Source of the DNA: a virus
Taxonomy: Duplodnaviria; Caudoviricetes
Virus record (IMG/VR): IMGVR_UViG_3300007734_000723
Coordinates: 1-52,359 of that record
Reading direction: 5' to 3' (one strand)
Length of the DNA: 52,359 nt
The translations under genes were made by a program, and so were the position numbers. Every line of letters starts with the position of its first letter. Position 1 is the first letter of the stretch. The notes under the pieces were generated by a model that was not told the DNA's origin, did no database searches, and was given only the letters and a program-made list of their open reading frames with translations. Below are positions 44,852 to 52,359 of the stretch, one piece after another.

Positions 44852-47169
44852 TGGATTACGACGTAAGGATGTACACCAGCGCGGGGGTTCGGAAGGCGTT
44901 TAATCCTGACTGGATAACCTCTGTTGACTTCGAGTTGGCAGAGCAGGGAGGCTTTCAGAACGGCAGTATCACAGTGCAGTGCGCTTGGGATGACCTCTCG
45001 CTCGATGGCACGGAGTACGTTGACATACGGTGCTTTGACGCTACGACAGTCACGTACAGGGGCTACGTTATGCGCCCAGAGCAGACGCTGGCTGACCCTG
45101 AGACGTGGACGCTCTCGCTGTTTGGGATGATGGAGAGGGCGAACGGCTACCTTGTGCGGAAGTGCTACTGCTATGCGGATTATACCGACGTTGGCACGAT
45201 TTTTCAAGCGATAGTGACCGACTGGGTTGCGCCCAACATTGCGGGGCTGGTGGTGGACGTGACGGGCATCTCTGCACTCAATATTAAGTTGCTTGAGTTT
45301 TGTGCGACAGGCAAGACGGCTTCGCAGGCGTTTAATCAGCTGGTAGAGTCCGCACCGCTTACTATGATTTGGGGCTTTGACGTGACTAGCGGTGGTGTGA
45401 ACCAGATATATCTACGCCCTCGCTCTGCTACGGTGCAGGATACCTATATTGTGGGTAAGGACGTGACGGCACTGACCTACCCTCGCGACGTGACTCAGGT
45501 GGTGAACAAGGGGTACTTTACAGGGGGGACGGCAGACCTGCCCAACCTCGCGCCAAACGCCTCTTTTGAGAACTGCGTGAGCGTGACCAGTGCGGACGCG
45601 AATCTCCTCTTGAACGGTAGCTTCGAGACGCAAACCCCTTCGAGCAGTCGGCAGAACGCGGCGTACTGGAACCGGGACAACTCCGCGGTGCGGCGGCAGT
45701 TTCCAGACGATAACCCGGGGGCGAACCTCTCTCGAACAGGCAACTGCTATATTGAGATGACGAACGCGACCGCGATATTCTACCAGACGGTACAGGTGGG
45801 GTACGCACAGCCTATAAACGTCTCGATATGGGCGCGACAGAACACCAACGGCGACACGGAGAATTTTCGGTTCAGGGTGCAAGAACTGGACTCGGTGGGC
45901 ACAGTGCTGGCGACTCAGGTCTCTGGGAACCTCACTCCTGCGACTTCGACGTATGAGCAGTTCAGCTACACCTTCACGTTGACACAGCCTACCTGCACAC
46001 AGGCAGTATTCGTGTTTGAGATGATGAGTGCAGGCGGCACAGCGCACGGGATTATCTACGATGACGCGGTAGTGACGCTCTCCACGCCGCAGGCGGCTGA
46101 CTGGACGATCGGCACGAACAGCGACAAGACATTCGCGACTCTCGACTGGGCATCCACGGGGTGGGCGAAAGACGGCTTGCAGAGTGTAGAGGTGATACCT
46201 AGTGCGGCAGGTGCGGGGTATGTAGAGCTGGTGACGCGAGCGGAATCGAATGTGAGTGTTGCGCCGGGCAAGACGCACTACTTCTCGTTGTGGGCGTATG
46301 GGGTCGCGGGCACGATTGTACTAGGTTGGCGTGAGTATGCGGACGGGGTGCTGACCTCAACGCAGGGCATGAGCGTGGCAGAGGTTGTTGTAGGGGTGAC
46401 AGGCAGCCGCCACACCTTCAGCTCCACGACGGGAACCACTACCAACACGATACAGCCGTTCATTCGGATTTATGACAGCAGTAGCAACCCTGTGTATGTG
46501 GATGCGGTGATGATAACGGTAGGGGCGGCTCCCCCTCTGGGCGACTTCTACAAGGGCAGTAACTACGAGGCAGTACGTTCGGTGACGGACTACACAGTAG
46601 GGCAGATAGGGACGGCACAGTCGGCATCTATAGCGAGCTACGGGCTGAGGGAGAAGGCAGAGTCGGTAGACCTCATTACCAACAGCACATTACTGGATAC
46701 GTTCGTGGTTCCCTATCTGGCAGCGTTCGCGGTTCCTGCGGTGCAGGGGAAACTAGAGATAAAGGGCGCGGTGAAGAATGTGGGGCTGACCGGAACCCTG
46801 CGCGTGGTGAATTTGCCTTCCGCCCCGCCTGCACTGTTTCCGTCGCGTGTTCGCTATCGGATAGGGGATTCGTTCGATATTTCAGTAGACCTGAATAACC
46901 AACGTCCCGACATGGCGCAGCTCTTGCGGAAGGTCGCGAATCAGGCAGTAAAGAACGCGGTGGCTTCGGGGCAGGTCAGCGCAGGGGGCACAGGGGGCGG
47001 TGGCGGTGGAGGTTCGTACCCTTCCAGTGCGGGGGTGACGAGTTTTCAGTCGGACTCGAATACGGCGTTGACGGGGGCGGTAGTGCTTGTGAGCGGCATT
47101 GGTACGGCATTAGCAGAGTCTGGTCAGAACATCACAGTCAATAATCTATGGAGTAGAAAGTTTTTATAA
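44851..47169 (+). CDS. Tail hub/Tal-like protein with CBM-like domains (copy 2)
   Basis: Translation identical to 4569..6887. Confidence 0.75.
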   Translation: MDYDVRMYTSAGVRKAFNPDWITSVDFELAEQGGFQNGSITVQCAWDDLSLDGTEYVDIRCFDATTVTYRGYVMRPEQTLADPETWTLSLFGMMERANGYLVRKCYCYADYTDVGTIFQAIVTDWVAPNIAGLVVDVTGISALNIKLLEFCATGKTASQAFNQLVESAPLTMIWGFDVTSGGVNQIYLRPRSATVQDTYIVGKDVTALTYPRDVTQVVNKGYFTGGTADLPNLAPNASFENCVSVTSADANLLLNGSFETQTPSSSRQNAAYWNRDNSAVRRQFPDDNPGANLSRTGNCYIEMTNATAIFYQTVQVGYAQPINVSIWARQNTNGDTENFRFRVQELDSVGTVLATQVSGNLTPATSTYEQFSYTFTLTQPTCTQAVFVFEMMSAGGTAHGIIYDDAVVTLSTPQAADWTIGTNSDKTFATLDWASTGWAKDGLQSVEVIPSAAGAGYVELVTRAESNVSVAPGKTHYFSLWAYGVAGTIVLGWREYADGVLTSTQGMSVAEVVVGVTGSRHTFSSTTGTTTNTIQPFIRIYDSSSNPVYVDAVMITVGAAPPLGDFYKGSNYEAVRSVTDYTVGQIGTAQSASIASYGLREKAESVDLITNSTLLDTFVVPYLAAFAVPAVQGKLEIKGAVKNVGLTGTLRVVNLPSAPPALFPSRVRYRIGDSFDISVDLNNQRPDMAQLLRKVANQAVKNAVASGQVSAGGTGGGGGGGSYPSSAGVTSFQSDSNTALTGAVVLVSGIGTALAESGQNITVNNLWSRKFL

Positions 47170-47511
47170 ATGGCTACAGAGACACCTGGAGAACTAGGAA
47201 CATCCTACCCTGCCGCGTCAACATGGACGGAGGTATACACAGTCCCCGACGTGGCGGGTAACTACGCCGTCACATCGCTTTTGACTGTCTGCAATGAGGG
47301 GTGTAGCACTGATTATTTCAGCATAGCGACGGTGACGCATAGTGCTGGGAATCCAACGACGCAACAGTATAAAGCGTATCTTATACCTGTAGACCCGAAC
47401 TGCACATATCTGTTAAAAATAGCGTTGACGCTAGGGCAGAACAAGGCAATAAGCGTCTACTCGCAAAATGGGACACTCGCGTTTTCAGCACAGGGGGTGC
47501 AGAATGTCTGA
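47170..47511 (+). CDS. Small tail protein (copy 2)
   Basis: Identical to 6888..7229. Confidence 0.6.
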   Translation: MATETPGELGTSYPAASTWTEVYTVPDVAGNYAVTSLLTVCNEGCSTDYFSIATVTHSAGNPTTQQYKAYLIPVDPNCTYLLKIALTLGQNKAISVYSQNGTLAFSAQGVQNV

Positions 47512-48457
47512 TTTTCTGATTGGTAACTCTCTCAACGCTCTTGCTCCTCCTGCTACGGAGGCATCGGACTGGTACAATCGAAACACTATAGCCCGCGTCA
47601 TGTCCTCTATGAAACTAGGCTTCCCATATGGGCGCAGCGTCTATACCGTCAACAGTACTAACAACGCTTTCAACTATCAGGGTAGTACCACTGCAACGGC
47701 ACAAAATACGGATTTCGCTATGAGATGGCAACTAGACTGCGGGTATCCCGGTACGCCTCAGTGGTTTGGCTTCCCATTCGAGGGCGATTCTATAGGGCTG
47801 GTATACGATATTGATACAGGCTCGAAAACCAGTACCACTGCCGCGTATTATCAACCATTCGGGGCGCGTATAGACGGACGATCTTATCGTATTACTCCCT
47901 CATTTGCCTCGATTGAAGGTAACGGAAACATTACGCCGGCATCATATATCTATCGCTCTGGTAATAACCGTACACAAGCACGGTGGGTAATTCACGGGCT
48001 AGGGAGCGGTATGCACTATGCGCGGTTCACTGTGAGCGGCGACCCTGCGTGGGTAGGCGATGAGGCGACAGGTGCTGGCTCTAATCAACGTGTGGGCATT
48101 TACGGGGTACTCCTTCCCTCCGACTCTTGGGATAGTATGGCAAAAGAGAGTTCGACTTTCACTGTACGGTATAGTAGTGTCTCAACGTCAATGACAACAC
48201 TCTCCTCTTTCTCCAATGGAACCACACCGCTGCGTATATCGCGACTGCGGGCATACAACAAACACGCGACAACTGCGACATCTATAGTGGCACAACTGGA
48301 CGGTAGCAACACTGAGATGGGGGTTGTGGCACTCGCGGCAGGTGCGTCTATAGATTTACTTGCCGCAGGTGCGCCGCGTTCGTTCACGTCAATTAGGGCG
48401 CAGGCGGGCGCGGCTTCCTCTATCGACCTATATGCAGATTACATAGCGGGGATATAG
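47504..48457 (+). CDS. Putative tail fibre/RBP component (copy 2)
   Basis: Identical to 7222..8175. Confidence 0.55.
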   Translation: MSDFLIGNSLNALAPPATEASDWYNRNTIARVMSSMKLGFPYGRSVYTVNSTNNAFNYQGSTTATAQNTDFAMRWQLDCGYPGTPQWFGFPFEGDSIGLVYDIDTGSKTSTTAAYYQPFGARIDGRSYRITPSFASIEGNGNITPASYIYRSGNNRTQARWVIHGLGSGMHYARFTVSGDPAWVGDEATGAGSNQRVGIYGVLLPSDSWDSMAKESSTFTVRYSSVSTSMTTLSSFSNGTTPLRISRLRAYNKHATTATSIVAQLDGSNTEMGVVALAAGASIDLLAAGAPRSFTSIRAQAGAASSIDLYADYIAGI

Positions 48458-48461
48458 CCAA

Positions 48462-49604
48462 ATGTCAGTAAGTTTAGCGATACGTGGTATTGATGATATT
48501 GCAGTGACGGGGGATTCGTCAGGTGAGGCGAAATTCATACCGGAAGGGTATGGATTTGTGAACCTCATAGCAGAGTACCTCCGCGCCCCTGTAGCGCAAG
48601 GGGGGTACAACCTCTCTGTAGACGCAGTAAACTACTGCCTCAGCGGTGACTGTAGCGAAGCATCTAATAGCGGCGCTTCGCTAGCCTTCCCTCAAGCGAC
48701 TGGCTCTACGCCGGGTACTCTCAATAGGTGTTTACGCATGACGGGAGAGATATTCGGCAATCAGGTGGCGCGAGTCCCTAAGATTTGCGGGTTTTCGATA
48801 GGCACTAACGACACGGCGAACTACCTCCCCAACTCTGCTTCTCTCGTCTCTACCAAAACTACTGAGAATATAAAGACAAGCATAAGGGCAATAAGAAACG
48901 GGTGTTACAGCGGATATTACACGGGATTATGGGTTAATGGCATCGTTGACAACCCTAGCCTGTTACCTGCCAATATGCCTGTAGGCGCGAAGTTTCTAGT
49001 TAGGAATGATAACAATGCCACGTATGGCGACGGCATATCGCATAACATCTTAGGCGCGTCTATATCCACAAGCGCGGGCGACGGTAACAGGTGCGTCCTT
49101 GCCAGTGGCGCACAGACTAACGAGGTTTGGGTTTGCGTAAATGGGTATAGCGGTATCTTAGGATGGTGCAGGACGTATAGCGAGGAGAGGCTGGTCGCCG
49201 CAAGCGTAGCGTTCACTCCAAAAGTGAAATACTTTTTCGTGGTGGGCATCTATATCTACCAATCGGAGTCAGGTGGACCCAACGCTGGACTACAGGCGGT
49301 TAGAGCGAGGCAACAAGCGGCGGTGACTGACCTCATAGCACTGGGTGCGCCGTATACGACTGGTGGAAATAATATCATATACGTTGACACCTATACACCT
49401 GCCGCATTGATGGTAACGGACGGAGTGCCTATAACTGCTTTTTCCTACTTTCCAGGTGCTAGTGGTGGGGCAGACAATCATCAGGGGATTCTTGGGAACG
49501 CAGTAATCGCAAAAAACGTGGTTGCGGGCATGGAGTCTGCTGGCTGGATTACTCGTACAGCAACGAGTAGCCGATCACTGATGTTTCAACAACTTACAGG
49601 ATAG
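48462..49604 (+). CDS. SGNH hydrolase-like tail protein (copy 2)
   Basis: Identical to 8180..9322. Confidence 0.7.
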   Translation: MSVSLAIRGIDDIAVTGDSSGEAKFIPEGYGFVNLIAEYLRAPVAQGGYNLSVDAVNYCLSGDCSEASNSGASLAFPQATGSTPGTLNRCLRMTGEIFGNQVARVPKICGFSIGTNDTANYLPNSASLVSTKTTENIKTSIRAIRNGCYSGYYTGLWVNGIVDNPSLLPANMPVGAKFLVRNDNNATYGDGISHNILGASISTSAGDGNRCVLASGAQTNEVWVCVNGYSGILGWCRTYSEERLVAASVAFTPKVKYFFVVGIYIYQSESGGPNAGLQAVRARQQAAVTDLIALGAPYTTGGNNIIYVDTYTPAALMVTDGVPITAFSYFPGASGGADNHQGILGNAVIAKNVVAGMESAGWITRTATSSRSLMFQQLTG

Positions 49605-49612
49605 GAGATATA

Positions 49613-49930
49613 ATGGCACTTTCTACGGTAGAGGCAACTTTCAAAACATCTGATTTGTTGAGATTGATACAGGCGCGAATAGAGCGGGCTGAAAATACTA
49701 TGACGAAAATTGAGGCTAAGATGGCTCCTTTGCGCGGCACTACGGCGATGCACGAAGAATCGTTCACTCTGCTCAGGGATGCTTACGATAAGGCGCGAGG
49801 GGTGGCAGAACATAAATTTTGGATACCAATACTAGCGAACTGCAAAGATGAAACAGTAACGGTACTACATTCTGAATTGCAGTGGTTACGGATTGACTCT
49901 CTGGACGTACAGACCACGTTGAAGAAGTAA
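49613..49930 (+). CDS. Hypothetical protein (copy 2)
   Basis: One residue differs from 9331..9648. Confidence 0.7.
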   Translation: MALSTVEATFKTSDLLRLIQARIERAENTMTKIEAKMAPLRGTTAMHEESFTLLRDAYDKARGVAEHKFWIPILANCKDETVTVLHSELQWLRIDSLDVQTTLKK

Positions 49931-49995
49931 GACGCTGGCGAACGTTGGCGACTGGATTCTACTATTCGGGAGTCCCTACTAGATAAGGAGAAGAT

Positions 49996-50247
49996 ATGAA
50001 CGAGAATCAAGAGGTAGAGCGTGTGGCTCTGGGTGTAGATTGGAATAACCTGAACTGGAAGGGACTCACGACCCACAGCGCGGTCACAGGGGTACTTGCA
50101 GGGCTGGGCGCGAAGCAGTCGGGAACATCTGACTTGTCGGCAGGGCTTATAGGACTGTTCACGGCACTAGGTACAGCGAAGGCGTACTCGAAGCCGCCGA
50201 CTAAGGTATTGACAAGCAAAGCGAAACGTGATACACTAAAAAAGTAA
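49996..50247 (+). CDS. Small membrane protein, holin-like (phage A)
   Basis: AAGGAG RBS; two moderately hydrophobic segments and a basic C-terminus. Confidence 0.5.
   Translation: MNENQEVERVALGVDWNNLNWKGLTTHSAVTGVLAGLGAKQSGTSDLSAGLIGLFTALGTAKAYSKPPTKVLTSKAKRDTLKK
50209..50237 (+). promoter_or_regulatory. Promoter for the tRNA cluster
   Basis: TTGACA-17-TACACT with an extended -10 TG. Confidence 0.75.
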
Positions 50248-50294
50248 GAGTTTCTCCTTGTTTGTTGTTCCCCCGACTTGTCATCGGGGGGTAT

Positions 50295-50368
50295 AACGGG
50301 GTGGGGAAGTCCGGTATCCCGATGGTCTCATAAACCATAGAGCGTAAGTTCAAATCTTACCCCCGTTC
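50295..50368 (+). tRNA. tRNA with CAT anticodon (Met or Ile2), CCA not encoded
   Basis: AACGGGG/CCCCGTT, GGGA/TCCC, ATGGT-CTCATAA-ACCAT, GTAAG-TTCAAAT-CTTAC. Confidence 0.88.
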
Positions 50369-50409
50369 TTGCATCGTGATGGTGGATTGCTCCTGTATGT
50401 AGGCACACT

Positions 50410-50446
50410 GCCTCCTTGAGAAGAGAGAACTTAGGGAGGCTTTTTT
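50410..50446 (+). terminator. Hairpin plus U-tract inside the RNA cluster
   Basis: GCCTCCTTGAG / CTTAGGGAGGC followed by TTTTTT. Confidence 0.55.
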
Positions 50447-50517
50447 GACCAGATAGTTCAGTGGTAGAACACCAGCCTTCGGGTTGGAGGTGGTTGGTTC
50501 GATTCCAACTCTAGTTA
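50447..50517 (+). ncRNA. tRNA-like RNA with the anticodon loop replaced by a cUUCGg tetraloop
   Basis: Canonical D arm (GTTC-AGTGGTA-GAAC) and T arm (GTTGG-TTCGATT-CCAAC); middle arm CCAGCC-TTCG-GGTTGG. Confidence 0.75.
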
Positions 50518-50519
50518 TT

Positions 50520-50590
50520 AGCGTTGAGGTGTTAGCGGCACGTAATCCGTGAAAAGGGACAAGTCATGGGGTAGCGACCATGCAACGCGA
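50520..50590 (+). ncRNA. Degenerate tRNA-like cloverleaf (possible GAA loop)
   Basis: GCGTTG/CAACGC closing stem, GTGT/GCAC, CATGG/CCATG; the T loop is non-canonical. Confidence 0.35.
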
Positions 50591-50653
50591 ACATAGTAGT
50601 CTCTGAGCCATTCCTATCATGGTGTCCGCCATTGACGAATTCAGAGTTTAGTG

Positions 50654-50685
50654 AAGCCCCCTCCGTAACTGGCAGGGGGCTTTTG
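50654..50685. terminator. Bidirectional terminator at the convergent junction of phage A
   Basis: AAGCCCCCT-CCGTAACTGGC-AGGGGGCTTTT. Confidence 0.75.
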
Positions 50686-50686
50686 C

Positions 50687-51490
50687 TTAGGGTAGGGTAT
50701 CGCAATACTTATCGGTGAACTCGGTGTATCGGTTCAGCATATCGCGCCACTCTTTTTGCTTCTCATACATCTCCCTACTTGATTCTGATAGTCTGTTTAT
50801 CTCCTCCGCAATCTCCTGCATATCTTCATCAAGTTGGGCTATCTCTTGTTTCAGTTTGTCTTTGAAGGTGTCTGTCACAGTCTCCTCTTTGGGTTTCTCT
50901 TCACACAATCGGGTGAATGTTTCCGAAAAAGTTTCCTGTTTCCCTTGAAACGTATAGTAAAACCGTTTCCAATCGGTGTTGTTCTCTAGTGCGCTCGCTC
51001 GTTCCTGTGTAATCGCCTTCTCGATTGCGCCTGTTGTGTTGTGTCTGTAGTATCGTGGTTCAAACATGGGTGCTTTCTCCTCTTTGGGTTTACCGCCTTG
51101 CGCTACCCAGCACTTTTCTGCGTATTCTCCCCACTCTTTCATTGAGAGCGGTGGTTCCTCTTTTGGCGCGTCCTCAACCTTGCGGTAGTTCAGCATAAAC
51201 CAATCGAGGTTATCCTGAGTAGTGTTCAGCCCTGTTATCGTTTCAACCTCTTCCGACGCTATCTTTTGCCACTTCTCGCCAACCTGCGGAGTAGGGAGGG
51301 GTTCGAAGAACGTTTCGAGGAAATAGTCCCATCCTTGAAGCGGCGCATCCCTGCGAATGTCCCTTGTTACTATCGAAGTAAGCGTTTTGTTTTTACAATG
51401 CCCTGCTGAACTGGTTCGTCCGTCTGCACTGTCAAGTCGGCATACGCCCCCCATCTCCTTGTGCTTCCAATACGTGGGTTGTTCACTCAT
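50687..51490 (-). CDS. Hypothetical protein with C-terminal coiled coil (phage A)
   Basis: AGGAGG RBS before ATG 51490; has its own promoter. Confidence 0.75.
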   Translation of the reverse strand: MSEQPTYWKHKEMGGVCRLDSADGRTSSAGHCKNKTLTSIVTRDIRRDAPLQGWDYFLETFFEPLPTPQVGEKWQKIASEEVETITGLNTTQDNLDWFMLNYRKVEDAPKEEPPLSMKEWGEYAEKCWVAQGGKPKEEKAPMFEPRYYRHNTTGAIEKAITQERASALENNTDWKRFYYTFQGKQETFSETFTRLCEEKPKEETVTDTFKDKLKQEIAQLDEDMQEIAEEINRLSESSREMYEKQKEWRDMLNRYTEFTDKYCDTLP

Positions 51491-51529
51491 TCCGATTTGC
51501 CCTCCTGCGCTTTCAGCCATTCTTGGATT

Positions 51530-51573
51530 ATTGTATCCGATATATTACCCGTTGTCAAGATATATGGTATAAT
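51530..51573. promoter_or_regulatory. Overlapping divergent promoters
   Basis: Minus TTGACA(51558-53)-17-TACAAT(51535-30); plus TGG-TATAAT (51568-73). Confidence 0.75.
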
Positions 51574-51604
51574 ATAGAAACTATGTTTTAATAGGAGGGA
51601 TAGA

Positions 51605-51895
51605 GTGAATCTACCATTCACAAAAGAGGTTAGCGGGGCTGTCCTGCACATTGAACAGTCTTCCATTGAAGGGATGATTAGGGTAGGAGTTGCATGGCGC
51701 GACGAAACAAGGGCGAAACGCATTGCGGAAGCAGATGTAAATCCCGATATGATAACAGGAAGCAGTATAGGCGTTCGCGGGATGTGGGAGTTTGCGTTAG
51801 TTCGCCCAGTCAACACACACTACCCGCACTGGCAACCTGTATTAGGCGCTCTTGAGGGATGGAGCGCGACGAACTTACAGAAAGAGGTGATATGA
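51605..51895 (+). CDS. Hypothetical protein
   Basis: AGGAGG RBS; GTG start. Confidence 0.65.
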   Translation: MNLPFTKEVSGAVLHIEQSSIEGMIRVGVAWRDETRAKRIAEADVNPDMITGSSIGVRGMWEFALVRPVNTHYPHWQPVLGALEGWSATNLQKEVI

Positions 51896-52140
51896 GCGAC
51901 GAACACGGATTCACGGTAGGAGAGTACAATACCTACTCACCCGAAGAAGCTGGACTGAACAACGATGATGATGATGAACTACCCGACACGACGTATGAGG
52001 TCATAGCATTTGATGATAAGTCGTTTACGTATAGAATTAAGGACTCGAAAACCGATTTGCTTATTACGACTGAAAATGACTGTATACCTGTTCCGTGCGG
52101 AACATTAGCATTGGTGTATCCCATCGGCACGAGGGTATAG
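51892..52140 (+). CDS. Hypothetical acidic protein
   Basis: GAGGT RBS; ATGA overlap. Confidence 0.6.
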   Translation: MSDEHGFTVGEYNTYSPEEAGLNNDDDDELPDTTYEVIAFDDKSFTYRIKDSKTDLLITTENDCIPVPCGTLALVYPIGTRV

Positions 52141-52157
52141 AGGAAGGACAAACCAGA

Positions 52158-52359
52158 ATGAGCGTACCAACCGAATTGATTGAGGCGATAAACAAAAAAA
52201 GTTTGTGTATGTATGACGAATTTGGGGGGAACACGGACTGGGCTATCACGATTGACACACTCCTGCCCATACTCGAAGCGCACTTCGCGGAGCCTGTGAC
52301 TGTGAAGATTGCGGAAAGAACGCCTAGCGCAGATTACAAAACGATTAAGGTATCTTGCT
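52158..52359 (+). CDS. Hypothetical protein, 3'-truncated
   Basis: AAGGA RBS; open to the window end. Confidence 0.5.
   Translation, partial: MSVPTELIEAINKKSLCMYDEFGGNTDWAITIDTLLPILEAHFAEPVTVKIAERTPSADYKTIKVSC

Larger units (their letters stand above)
9753..50034. mobile_element. One unit length (40,282 bp) of temperate siphophage B; circularly equivalent to 1051-41332
   Basis: Contains integrase, immunity, replication, packaging, head and tail modules once per 40,282-bp period, bounded by the direct repeat. Confidence 0.88.
41333..50034 (+). repeat. Copy 2 of the ~8.7-kb direct repeat
   Basis: Matches 1051-9752. Confidence 0.97.

Noticed and set aside
1051-50034. Repeat read as terminal redundancy or assembly overlap of one circular genome
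   Set aside because: The sequence outside the two copies (1-1050, 50035-52359) differs from the corresponding inside sequence, so a second genome is involved.
50601-50646. Hammerhead ribozyme
   Set aside because: CTGA is not followed by the required NGA and the GAAA core is absent. Only an HDV-like reading is partly supported.
1-52359. Host taxon assignment
   Set aside because: No host genes are present. Sigma70-type promoters and SD motifs only indicate a bacterial host using the standard code.

Overview
All-phage window. It holds a complete-looking 40,282-bp temperate siphophage ('phage B') with a large serine recombinase, an XRE repressor/Cro switch with an ImmA-like protease, recombination and replication genes, a tRNA-CAT, terminase, portal, capsid and tail. 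Phage B is bracketed by two direct copies of an ~8.7-kb tail module (~1051-9752 and ~41333-50034; offset exactly 40,282). The flanks (1-~1050 and 50035-52359) belong to a different phage ('phage A') with its own tail chaperone, tape-measure N-terminus, holin-like gene, tRNA/tRNA-like cluster and early genes. This layout is what a single crossover between circular phage B and phage A in a shared tail module would give (a cointegrate). An assembler walking through a shared repeat would give the same layout. Either way, two distinct phages carry a near-identical tail and receptor-binding module. Other points of interest: a conserved A_AAC_CCT -1 frameshift in both tail chaperones; a repressor-coupled DUF6941-like/unknown/ART-like cassette (candidate defence system); a Tad1-like sponge gene in the head operon; a two-domain glycosyltransferase in the tail operon; atypical tRNAs, one with its anticodon loop replaced by a cUUCGg tetraloop; a possible HDV-like ribozyme; and no recognisable endolysin in phage B. 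All family assignments come from motif recognition by eye, not from database searches.
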